Shown: in pieces, positions 37,201 through 49,072 of the stretch
Numbering within the stretch: position 1 is the stretch's first letter
How the letters are laid out: each line of letters opens with the position of its first letter
Origin: Selaginella moellendorffii
Taxonomy: Eukaryota; Plantae; Lycopodiophyta
Direction of reading: 5' to 3'
Length of the DNA: 64,000 bases
Assembly (NCBI RefSeq): GCF_000143415.4
Contig: NW_003314283.1
Span: 26,407-90,406 of the forward strand
Notes under the pieces: model-generated
The model's input: the letters and a program-made list of their open reading frames with translations, nothing else
The model's database searches: none
Told to the model about the DNA's origin: nothing
Program-made: the position numbers and the translations under genes

Positions 37201-38819
37201 CTAAAAACTCAAAGCTCCCATACCTTGTTTGACAAGTTGTCTTCTCAACATCTTCCTCTGTTACCCTAATCTGGTAGTATCCTGACCTTAGGTCAATTCT
37301 CAAGAAGTATTTTGTATCGAACAGGTCCTCAATCCTTAGCAAAGGGTACTTGTTCTTTTTTGTATACTTATTGAGCAACCGATAGTCTATGCATATGCAC
37401 ATAGATCTATCTTTCTTTTTCACAAATAACACCAGTGCCCCATACGGCGACTTGCTCAACCTAACATACCCTTTGTCCACCAACTCTTCTAGTTGGTGCT
37501 TGAGCTCCTCGAGTTCCTTTTTGTTCAAACGATAGGAGGGACGAACCACTGCCTTAGCACCCTCGACCAACTCAATCTTATGTTCTATCGGTCGTGCGGG
37601 CACTAGTAGCTCCTCCGGCATGGTATCTTGGAATTGGTCCAACACCCGCTGGATCACTAAAGGTACTTCTTCCATTCTTATCTTTTTGTCACTCTTCACC
37701 GAGAGTAAGCACAAAAATGCTACCTTAGTTCCTTTAGTGAGTTGTCCTTTCGTGGACACTAGGAGTCTTTAGTTTTATATTGCCCTACATTTAGAGGCCT
37801 CCACCCTAGATCGTTCTCCCCGGGCATTTGCCAGTACCACAAGGTTGCTACCTTGTCCATGTAAGGCTACTATGAACCAATTGAACCAATCCATCCCGAA
37901 GATTACGTCAAATCCCGCCATGTTCAACACAGTGAAATCCATGTCTACTTTCTATGTCCTTACTTCAACTCTTGCTTCTCGAAGTACTTCATCAGTGCTT
38001 TGGCTACCTTGAACAAACTCTATAGTCCTTGGTTCACCCAGCCACTGCACTATTAGTCTAGCTTGCCGAACTATGTTTGCAACCACAAAATTATCTGAAA
38101 CACCTGTGTCAACAAGGATCTTAATAAAGCTACCTCCGAGATTCCCTTGGAGGGCTAGTAGATGTCGTGAACAACTCTCTACCAAAGTTGCTCGTATAAT
38201 GAGTAATTTTGAGTTAGGGACTAAATCACATACCTTAGTTTGTATTTCACCCAACTTAATGGCCATATTAGCTCTGGCCTTCTTCGGGTAGGGACATTCT
38301 TTCGAGAAGTGTCCTGCTTCACCGCAGTTGAAGTATATATTGTTTTTCACGTTGCTAGTTGACTTGCCCTTTTTATCCGTGGGTTTGTCTCTTTTTGCTT
38401 GACTCCCTCACATAATTGCTCACTAGCCACCGGATTTGCCTTTCTGGAACCCTGAGGACTCATTCTTAGAGAAACTCTTCTTGAATTTCCCTTTACTATA
38501 TGTTCCCCTTGGTTTGGCCCCTTTGCTAAACATGGACCCCAACCCCGTCGTATTCTCTTTTTGCAGGTTATCATTGAAATGCACCTTGAGATCCGCATCC
38601 AACGCTTCCTTGTAGTTAGTCGAGTTCCAACGCATCACCCCACCACGAGCCCAGGTTTGCAAGCCTAATATGAAGGTATGGAACGCGTCCATATCACCCA
38701 TATCCGTGACAAATATCCTCTTTGCCATAAACCCATTCACATACTCTTGAATGATTCTAGTCTACTTTAGCCTACTTAGCTCATCCCTTAGGTGCAGAGT
38801 AGCATTCGAAAAAACATAA

Positions 38820-39436
38820 TGTAAGCAACCAAAAAGAACGACTTGAGAGATGATCCATGAGGTTCAAATATAGAGGGAAAGGGCCTATGAACAATAATGC
38901 ACCCTCTTTTCCAATTGGTTAAGGGTCTTAGGATACTTAGGATTAAGTGTCTTTGGGTTTAAATAGTACTGGGCTGGATGACCTCCTGGGAAATCCAAAT
39001 TTAGGAGCTTACATTTGGTATCAAAGGGGTCTCTAGTCTAACTTTGTTGGTTGGCTAGGGGAATTACACTATATGTTAATTGACATCTAGCTAGTCTAGT
39101 TTGCTCCCGCTGGGCTCATGGCTGGTCTAGTTTGCTTTTGCTGGGCTCAACCCGAGGGGTACGGTGTCAAGAGAGCGGCACTCTCAGAAGAGTTGTGGCT
39201 CTTAGCTTCCATTCACGAGGGCGTGAACTTGTAAAGAAGCATGGTGCATTGTAAGCAACCAAAGAGAACGATTTGAGAGATGATTCATGAGGTTCAAATA
39301 TAAAGGGAAAGGGCCCATGAACAAGAGTGCACCCCCTTTTCCAATTGGTTAAGGGTCTTGGGATACTTGGGATTAAGTGTCCTTAGGTTGAATAGTACTG
39401 GGCTGGGTCTAGGAAGTCCAAATTCAAGAATTTACA
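38820..39436 (+). mobile_element. Cassandra-like TRIM with 5S rRNA-derived LTR segment, nested in the gypsy gag
   Basis: LTRs at 38820-39013 and 39250-39436 (TGTAAG...TTACA). PBS TGGTATCA at 39016; non-coding 236-bp interior with the hairpin TTCACGAGGGCGTGAA. LTR 38942-38996 aligns without gaps to the 5S rRNA internal control region. Degenerate TSD CATAA/TGTAA. Confidence 0.85.
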
Positions 39437-41705
39437 TGTAAGTCACATAGATCCTCGCCTTCATCATTTCTCAAATGGTCACTGATCCTTTATTAGCCTT
39501 TGTCATTCTCCACCAAGACTTGGCATTATCTGCTAAATATGGTTTTACACATGGGACCTTCTTCGACCTCGGTAACCACAACGCTCAAAAGTAGTCCTCC
39601 ATATCGTAAAACTAATCCTCAATCACCTTATAGTCATTTACTCCCTTGAAAATTGGTGAGGGCTTTGGTTTGTACTTGGGAACTATTTGAGGGACTAATT
39701 CCACTTCAATTTGTTCAACTTTGTTTGGTTCCGCCTCAGTTCCTGCTGAAGGGTCCGCACCTGCTACATTGCCAGCATTTGCAGTCTTTCGCTTTTTCTT
39801 CTACCTCTCGTCAGGCTTTAGCTTGCATTCAAGAGTCTCCAGCAAAGCATTGGTCTGTGCCAATTGTCCTTTTAGAACATCCAATTGAGCCTTGGACGAT
39901 CGAATCTCATCACTGGACTCTTGTTTTCAAGTTTCCTCACTGAAGTCTTCCTTGTACAAGGATTCCTCATCCATAAGTTCTTGTTTGATCGGAGGCTCCA
40001 GCTTCGGAGGAGGTTCCATCTCCACCTTGGTTCATTTACCCCCTGCCTTTGCCATCTCCCAGCAATCCGCCTTTATCCTTCGCTAAAATTGAGGAAAAGG
40101 CTCTGATACCAAATTGTAAACCACAAATTTTTCCTTTCCAATTTACTAGTTTACCTTATCTATCCGACCAACACTACCTTGGCTTTAGCTAAGTTCCCTC
40201 ACCAAGGTTCTTACCTATTGTACCAGCTCCTACTTGGTTTTACTTGGTTTCAGCTACTCATTACACGAGCAACGGAGCATTAACCATCCATCCATGGATT
40301 CCTAAATCTCTCCCAATCCCCCTCCCTAGGTTAGACTAGACTTAAGGTTCGGCTACACTCCCCGCAGGCACAAGCAGCCAAACACACCAAGACTCCAAGT
40401 TCCTAACATCCCTTGGTACAACAAGATTTAATCATGGGACCCTCTAAATCCCAAGCCTTGGGTGCAATATTTGCTTCAAGATGCCAAGGGGAAACACTGT
40501 GGCCTAACGGCCCAGTATGGGTACCCCCCCCCCCAACTTCTATCCCGAAGGAAAGGCCCAGGAAGGGCGAGGATCAATGAGCCACAAGGTACTCAAGTGG
40601 GGCACCACTTCACATGAGTCGGGAGCACTACAATCAGTTTCCCTTCTAGGAGTGGGAGATACTCTTGAGCACTTCCTTGGGTGCCCCATCTGGCACCACC
40701 TGAGTCCATGCTCACTCCCACCCAAGGCTCCTTGGCCCTAGTTTCAACCTCAAGTCAATTTGGAAGCACCACTAAAGAGTTCTTTCAAGACTAGTTCCTA
40801 GACCTCACTATCCCTACTACACTCTTGGAACCCTTTGCAGCCCCNNNNNNNNNNNNNNNNNNNNNNNNNNNNNNNNNNNNNNNNNNNNNNNNNNNNNNNN
40901 NNNNNNNNNNNNNNNNNNNNNNNNNNNNNNNNNNNNNNNNNNNNNNNNNNNNNNNNNNNNNNNNNNNNNNNNNNNNNNNNNNNNNNNNNNNNNNNNNNNN
41001 NNNNNNNNNNNNNNNNNNNNNNNNNNNNNNNNNNNNNNNNNNNNNNNNNNNNNNNNNNNNNNNNNNNNNNNNNNNNNNNNNNNNNNNNNNNNNNNNNNNN
41101 NNNNNNNNNNNNNNNNNNNNNNNNNNNNNNNNNNNNNNNNNNNNNNNNNNNNNNNNNNNNNNNNNNNNNNNNNNNNNNNNNNNNNNNNNNNNNNNNNNNN
41201 NNNNNNNNNNNNNNNNNNNNNNNNNNNNNNNNNNNNNNNNNNNNNNNNNNNNNNNNNNNNNNNNNNNNNNNNNNNNNNNNNNNNNNNNNNNNNNNNNNNN
41301 NNNNNNNNNNNNNNNNNNNNNNNNNNNNNNNNNNNNNNNNNNNNNNNNNNNNNNNNNNNNNNNNNNNNNNNNNNNNNNNNNNNNNNNNNNNNNNNNNNNN
41401 NNNNNNNNNNNNNGGACTCGGTATCAGACCCTATACTGGATCTCGGACTCGATCTCGAACTCGGTCTCGCACTCGATCTCACACTCGTTCTCGGACTCGA
41501 TCTCGGACTTAGTCTCGAACTCGGTCTCGCACTCAGTCTCAGAGTCAGTCTTGGACTCAGTCTCAAACTCGGTCTCGAACTCGGTCTTAGAGTCGGTCTC
41601 GGACTTGATCTTGGACTCAGTCTTATCCGATGAACTCTTTATCATTTTAGCTGTGCCTTTGGGGATCCTTTAGCATTCGACACTTTGGGGAGTTGGTTCC
41701 TTACA

Positions 41706-43605
41706 ACTATTTTACACACCAAAACTGCCATAGTGCTATTTGTCAAAAACATCTACAACGATGCTTCATATAGCATGCTATTTATAAATCCCCTATGGAC
41801 AAAACCCACACGTGGCATAGTCCAAGTGGCATTCTTCAATTGGATGGAGTCCAAATGCCTATGAGATGAGCATATATGCAATTTGAATGGTACATGACTA
41901 TGAAATGATGGGTCATACATGCAAGTCATATATGTGGCATGGATGACCCATACAACATCCCATTCATCATTGTTATCATTGTCTAAGTGTGACTTAGGGT
42001 TCTTGAGCAGGAAAGGGTTTTTGGAGCCATGTCATTCAATTTCAATAGTGTAGTTGTTATGGCAGCAAAGTTGGTTTAGTTTTTTGGTGGTGACTAGAGA
42101 CATCCACAATGAGTAAATCTTGCCCATAACTCAAATTCATGAAATTGGACTCAAATACAAATGTTGTAAACAAGTGTACTGGTGAAAGATGAATAAAGTG
42201 TGGGATTATTATTAAGCTTCAATTCCAACATTTGTTTAACTAGTGAGAGAGAAGATGAAGATGGAGATCTTGACATTCTAATGATGAATAGATAAATTTC
42301 CAAATTGGAAGGTCTTCATTATGGTACTTTTTGTAGAGCTTTAATAGCTTTTTGAGGTCAAGGGGATCTACTAGTGTAGTGGCATTTTGTGTATGGATGC
42401 ACTTGAAAATTCTTAAGACAAAGACCATAGCTTACCTTACAAATTATTTGGGAATTACATGGCTAACATTGTACAAATATATGTGGGTGGTGGATACAAA
42501 TTGGAAGAGGATGTACCATAAGATACCGATAGAGGAAGTTCTTAACCATGTTTGGACTAATATTCCCATGAATCATGCAAAGATAAATTAGGGAATTATT
42601 AACTCCCACTCTTGTTATTAAGCAGCTAGTTAACATTTTAGTAGGTATTAAATTTGCAAGGCATTAATTTTATATAATCCAAGAAGGCTACAAATTAGGC
42701 ATTTATCATGAATTCATCAATAGATCTACACCAATAAGACACTTTATACACTATTCTATATAGATTATAAGTGTTTTTCTTCTTTGTTTTTTCTAACTAT
42801 TTCTTTATGTTTTTGTAGCATATTACAAACTTGTAACTTACAGGTTTTATATCCATGCTATGGTTTGTGGGGCAATGCATTTTATTGTGGCCTACTAGCT
42901 ATCTACGACCAAACTATTTTCAACACATATGCACAAGTTATATGTTGTTTGGGAGGCCAAAATGAATAAAGAGTGATAATACTCTAGAACACAATGCATG
43001 GAGGTTGATATGATCCAATGTTAAGGCATAAAGGCAAGAAGTTTTATACATAAAATATCAATATGAAACTAGGTAAGTAGTTTATATTTTCTTGAAATTT
43101 ACTTTTTTGAGAGTTTTCTTTAAATTGTATCAAGCATTTGTGGCAAAAATTGTACAAAAGAGTGGTATAATTTTACAAGCATCTTTTTTAGTTTATGGAG
43201 GACATTAGTATTCTCGATGTAACCAATGCATAGCATAAGTAAAGCTTTGGAGTCTTGCAAAGGACATTGTTGATTAGGTTGCAATATGGAATTTATATGA
43301 GGTTTGTCCCTTTAAATGTGGTAAATACTTCAAAGCATCTCACATCCCTACTAATTTATTCCAATTGATGGAGCAAGAACTCAAGTAAGATCAAAACTTT
43401 GTTTTGCTAGGCATTTTAGCATTAGTTAAATTATTATTTTTTACTTCCAAAATAGTCCAAGCTCCTTCACCAAAGGATATTGAAGATTTGCCAAAAGAAC
43501 TCATTTCTAGTGTTGATAAAGAAACTTTGGGATATGTTAGTTTGCTTCAATTTGCATTTATTTTGCAAAGCCATTTTTCTTGTAAAATGTTAATTTTGTA
43601 AGAGA
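41706..43605. repeat. AT-rich degenerate block, copy 2
   Basis: Colinear with 30590-32450. It continues the CVNH copy 2 unit on the far side of the gypsy insertion. Confidence 0.75.
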
Positions 43606-45335
43606 CTAAACAAATGTATAAAAGGGATAATGGGTAAATCGGGCATAGTTAACTAACTTGAGGTATAGTTTAGCTCCTATTTATGTGTCTATCTTTGTTC
43701 TACGTCTGACTTGGGTCTAAGCCCAAGTTCCATATTATGCTAGCTGGTGAAATACCCATATTGTCGTGTTAGGCTACCGATATACTGAAATAACACTAAA
43801 CTCTATTTAACTTAGTTTTAAGTGTTGGTCATAGCATTGGGATGTTAGAAGTTCTAAAATTGTTTTAAAGTTGCTTCGTGCTTCTGTCCCTTCTCTATTT
43901 GGGCTAAATGCTCATGAGTCACTTCATGCTCCAGTTCTTTCACACCTTGGCTATAAGCTTAAGAGTTTGGCTCTATACCTCCATTTAGTGGCCCAAGGCT
44001 TTGAAACTTGGGTTCTGCTCCACTGTCCTTGGACATATAGCATGTGACACATGGCATATAAAGGGTTTAGGTTCCACTTTGTGGTTATCCTATGGTAAAT
44101 CACCATAGGATAAACCACATGCACTACAAAATCTTATCATTGACTTTTTTTAGGCATTTTAAGTTGAAAATATAATAAGCATTTAATATATCCTAAGGCT
44201 ATATTAAATTTAAGTTTAAATTTAGTGATTTATCATATTATTTAAGAAGTAGAATAGCTAGGGTTGTTTATTATGTATTGGTAAATAGTTGGCTATCTTT
44301 GGGAAGCTCTCTAAATGCCAATATTAAAATAAAATCAATTCCACATTTTCAGATCATATCATATAGTCAATTACAAATTTTAGTGTGAACAAAAATCATG
44401 TCAGATTTTAAATTTACAATAGTAATTTAGATTCTTTTTTTTGTTAAAAAATGGATTGCTAATCATATTTTCTGGTTTTTGCATAGCCAAGAAGCTACAG
44501 CCTATTGTGTAAGATGGAACTCACCATGGTGTTGATCTTTTTGAGCACACTTGGATTTTTTATACTTGGATCATCTATGTTTAGATTTGGATCTTTTACA
44601 ATGTCACTTAATACACACAAAGTTGGTGTTGTGATTGCATTGAAAAGGAGCCTCCTAGGACTCAGCATGCCCACCTAAGCATGTCAACCATGTAGCATGA
44701 TGGAGCAAGGCTGCTCTTACACTCGTGCCCAGATGGAAGAGATGAACAAGATCAAGGCGTAGGAGTGGAGAGTGATTTTGTTTGCTCTGTAACTTTTGTT
44801 CTAGAGTGACAAGCAAGACGAGGAAGAGTCGCAAGTATGATCTATGATGGGCTGGTCTACAAGGTGCAGGAGTTTGATATTGTGAGAGCCAATGTTTGGA
44901 AAGCCCAAGCCTATAAGGATTTTTTGATCACTTTTTGGAATGATCTTGAAAGTGATCAATTCTAGGAATGATGCCTTTTGCTGATATACTAACTTAGAAC
45001 ACAATGGTTTTATATTGTCCTTCTCATGGTTTATAATTTGTTCTTGGAATGTGTTGCTTCTAGATTAATGATTAAAGATGGCAAAAGTTGTTAAATTTAT
45101 GGTTCTTAATTTGGTTTAGGGTTTCTCGGGGATTTAGGGCAAAATGACACACACCACCAAATTAATTGTGCCTTGGATTTCGAATGATGACTCCAAGATT
45201 GATGTAGCGTGACTCTTCATTTCCATTTCCAAGCTGAAAGAACTCTAGTAATTTAACAAGAGTGTCAATTGAGTGTTGGATCGTTGTCTATGGTGAGTAT
45301 CATCCCTTTATTTCGATAGTGATTGATTGTTACAC

Positions 45336-45924
45336 TATTAGGATCCTATCCCTTACACCCTAAGCCAATTGGCTAAAGGGGTGATCATTTGATTGCAAGA
45401 CCTTTTCTTTATCCCATTATCCTGACCTAATGCTTAACAATCCTCCCTTTGTTAGGGAATGATTGTCCATGATTACACTTAGGCCACTCTAAAAGGGGTG
45501 ATCACTTGATTGTAGGGCCTTTTCTTTATCCTATTATCCTGACATGGTGCTTAACAACCCTCCCCTTGTCAAGGAATAATCATCCGTAATCACACTTAAG
45601 CCACCCTCCGGTCACCAAATAATCCTCCGCAATCACATTTAAGCCACCCTCTGGTCACTAAATAATCCTCCGCAATCACACTTAAGCCACCTTTCGGTCA
45701 CCATGGTCCTTCTCTTAAGGTCTATCAAACCTTGGTTCTCCCTCTAGATCCACTATATTGAATATTCTTTCAAAATATTTTTGCCTTATTCATTAGCCAC
45801 AAAAATCAAATTGGGCTCCAATACCAATATTAAGATCCTATCCCTTACACCATAAACTAACTGGCTAAAGAAGTGATCACTTGATTGCAAAGCCCTTTCT
45901 TTATCCTATTATCCTAACCTGGTG
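45336..45924 (-). mobile_element. Small TRIM-like LTR element (about 100-bp LTRs) with internal tandem repeats
   Basis: LTR copies at 45336-45439, about 45489-45556 (partial) and 45828-45924. PBS-like TGGTATTGGAGC at about 45815-45826 (minus strand). PPT-like tracts follow the LTR ends. Three ~43-bp repeats at 45575-45703. No TSD found. Confidence 0.7.
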
Positions 45925-47322
45925 ATTGTGCTATTGTAGGCTAAAACACTACGTTCTGCAATACGAAAAGGCAAACCCCCAACAACTGCATTTGAGCAAG
46001 CAGAGTGTTGTGTTGCATTGCATACATTGCAGCATATGAGCAACATTCAGTAAGTTATGTTTTCATCTCCTAACAGTCACGGCTATGCCAATAACATTTC
46101 CTCCACCACAATCAGGGCCAGCACTCTTCCCACTTCGCTGGAATTGATAACAGCTGGGTATCCATTGTAGCATGGGAAACCTTGATTAAAGTCTCAGTGT
46201 TCTTACATTTCAAAGAAGTTGCGAAGAAGGAAAGAGAAAATGTACCTTGTCAAGTGCCAGATGATTAGAATGCCTGCTTCAAACTATCGCTATGAGTGAT
46301 TTCATTACTCAGACTGCGAGCTTGTGAAACTCACAGTCGCTTCTAAGCACCTGTCGCAAGCCACAGGATAAAGAGTTATAGAAACAAAAGAACATCCAAA
46401 GAAGACGCACCATGAAGAAAGCCAAATGTCCAAAATAATGACAATTACTTGTTCTGGCCTTGAAAGAAGATGACAACTTAGAGAAGCGACCCGTTTGCAA
46501 AGGTTCGCTGTTGAAGAATACACAAAACAAGAGAAAGGAAGTCAGTACCATTTCCTTCTTTTGTCCGGAACGCCCCGATGTTTGGAGCCTCTAGCGGCAA
46601 GAACCACCAGACTGGATCGAGCTTCTCGACAAGGAAAATCGATCTATAAGTAGCGTGAGTTCTCTAGCAACAATGTTTAAGTTGAAAGAGAATCTTTTTT
46701 ATATTTTACCTGTTATCACTGCCAATATCACCAGCAGCAGCTACGTGCTCAGAGTGTAAGCTTGCGCAAGGATAGTTGGTGTCTCCAAGCGCAAGGATCT
46801 CCCTGTTCATCTCTACGCGAGGGTTCTCACTTGAAGCTCATCAAGGCAAAGAGCTCGTGATTCACTGCCGGGATGTGGCCGGGACACTGAGCCCAAGATA
46901 CCAGGAGTTTTAATCACTTATCTATTTTGATGGTTTAATCTTCTTTACATCTGTGCGAAAGTGATGGCCTATGGCTGCCGCAAGAAGCAATAGCGTTATA
47001 ACCTCTCAGATAGGAACTCCTATTGTTTCTAACAGGTATGACGGTCTTGCTTACACGTGCAAAGCCGCCAGCGAGCGGCCATTCTTTACCGCGCAGCAAG
47101 CCACGGACGCAGGGGAGGTTCTCTCTCAACATTCCATCGCAAATCTCCGTCTCAGGCGATGATTCAAGCTCTGTGCTGCGAGCGTCGCAGCCGGGCATAA
47201 CACTCATGGAACATTGCTATCTTTCGACTGATTAAATAGAAATAAAAAGAGTTAAAATAAAGGTTCACTATAGCAAATGACAAAAGGTGGCGGAGAAAAC
47301 GTTGTAAAATATGCATTTGGAT

Positions 47323-48778
47323 CTAGCGAATTATTTTCTTCGTCAAGCTCCTGGTCCCATTGTTCGCTACTCCCTTGATCCCCAAGATCTGGGTGACCAC
47401 GTTGTAGATCTCCACATTGACGAACGCTTCCACCTGTTTGCCTCTCGCGAACCTCGGTCCCGCCGCGAAGAACACCGCCCTCATGGACGCGAGAGTGTTG
47501 TCGTAGCCGTGCGCGCCACCGCAGTCCGGCCCGCTCGGCCGCTTCACCACCACCTTGTATCCCTCGGCCACCATCCCGATGATCGGCGAGATCCTGTCAC
47601 TGCCCGAGTAGTGCAGCCGCGGTGGCAGCTCCTCCCGGACGAACACCTTCAGGAACTTCCCATTCGCGACTTTGCCGGAAGCAAGCGCAGCGTTGAGCGC
47701 CGCCACCATGCTCTTGAGCTTCTTCGCGGCGAGGCGAGCCGGGGGCCGGATCGCCAGCACCGGGGTGACGCTCTCGATCCAGTCCGCCGGGAGTTTGGTG
47801 TTGGCCGCGGCCGAGAGCTCGTCCAGGGAGATGATCTTGGTGTCGCACGTCCCCACGAAGCCATGGTCGCTCACCATGATCACGTTCACGTCCTGGAGGA
47901 TCTTCCGCCGCTCGAGACCGTCGAGCAGCCTTCCAAGCACGGCGTCCACTCTGGTGACGGCGTCGCTGATCTCTGGCGAGTCCGGGCCGACAATGTGAGC
48001 TTCCGCATCGGGGTCCTCGATGTAAACCGCGATCAAGCTCGGCCTCTGTGCTTCCGGTAAATCCACCCAGCTCAGGACAGTATCGATGCGGGTGGCGAAA
48101 GGAACGGACTCGTTGTAGCGGTGACAGTAAGCCGGAGGACACGTCCATTTGCCTTTGGCCACCTCGGAACCCGGCCAGAAGTAAGTTGCTGCTTTGAGGC
48201 CATGGTTGACAACTGTTTCCCACATAGGCTCGCCGAGCCACCACTTTGGATTTGTATCGTTCTTCATGAAGAAAGTTTTCCTTGAGGCGTCGGTGGGGTC
48301 TCGAAAGGAGTTCAAGATAATACCGTGCCAAGCAGGATAGAGACCTGGCACCATTTAAACAAGGCTGAGAAGAGAAAATAAAGGCTTTCATACCAGTTGC
48401 GATGGAGTAGTGGTTCGGGAATGTAATGCTCGGGTACACTGGAAACATCCCAGGATAGGCCTCGGTTCCATCTCTCTTCAAACGATCAATGTTGGGAGTT
48501 GCAACCTTCCACTGGTAACCCCATCTAAAACCGTCTGCAGAGAGCAGGATCACAAGTGGTTGCTTCAAAATCTTGAGCGAGTGCGAGACAGTAGAGCGCG
48601 AATCAGCTCGCATTGCAGATTTGTGGCATGAAGAGAGCGAGACTGAGAGGAGTACGACTGCCACTGCAAGAGCAAGGCAAAGGACTGCACCAACGTAAAT
48701 GGTATAACTAGCCTTTATCGAAGTTCTTCCCTGGCGCTCGTTCTTCAAATCCGTCACAGCGCCTCCGTCATTCTTCAT
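47323..48778 (-). CDS. Ectonucleotide pyrophosphatase/phosphodiesterase copy A2 (intact)
   Basis: Two exons (intron 48345-48393). DGFR, TFPNH with the Thr nucleophile, DPD..H, SDHG, HGYDNTLASMR. Confidence 0.93.
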
Positions 48779-49072
48779 AGCGGCAAGCTACGAGCGAGAA
48801 TCACGCCTGTTCGAGGAAAAAAGAACGCAAACAAATAACACAGCAGTAGGCGACAGAAATGAAGACTATACCTTCGAGAGGAGAACTCAAGAGGACTCCA
48901 AACTCTGTCTGACAAAAAAATCGTGCTTGAAGCACACTCGAGAATGAATCTTAAAAGATGTCACTTTACAAGCACTATTGCCCGTGCACTTATTCACCGT
49001 TTACTCTGCAGTGGAAAACATGTTAGCTAGAGATTAGCAGCCCAATAGAAGAAACTCACCATGGTTAGAGGG

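Larger units (their letters stand above)
33198..41705 (-). mobile_element. Full-length but decayed Ty3/gypsy chromovirus LTR retrotransposon
   Basis: TG...CA LTRs at 33198-34287 and 40115-41705 (gapped); 5-bp TSD ACTAT; Met-tRNA PBS TGGTATCAGAGC (40100-40111); PPT next to 34288. Gag with zinc knuckle, protease LVDTG, RT CIDYR..YIND, RNase H ETDTSDFALG, integrase IDFI...NRFSKMAHF and chromodomain YKVEAIL...FHVKWKG. Many stops. Confidence 0.96.

Noticed and set aside
38942-38996. Functional 5S rRNA gene
   Set aside because: Only about 55 nt of the internal control region is present, duplicated within LTRs, with no 5S 5' end or terminator.
40817-41673. Long ORFs spanning N runs (also at 2224-2404, 12806-12905 and 18906-19244)
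   Set aside because: They are assembly-gap artefacts.
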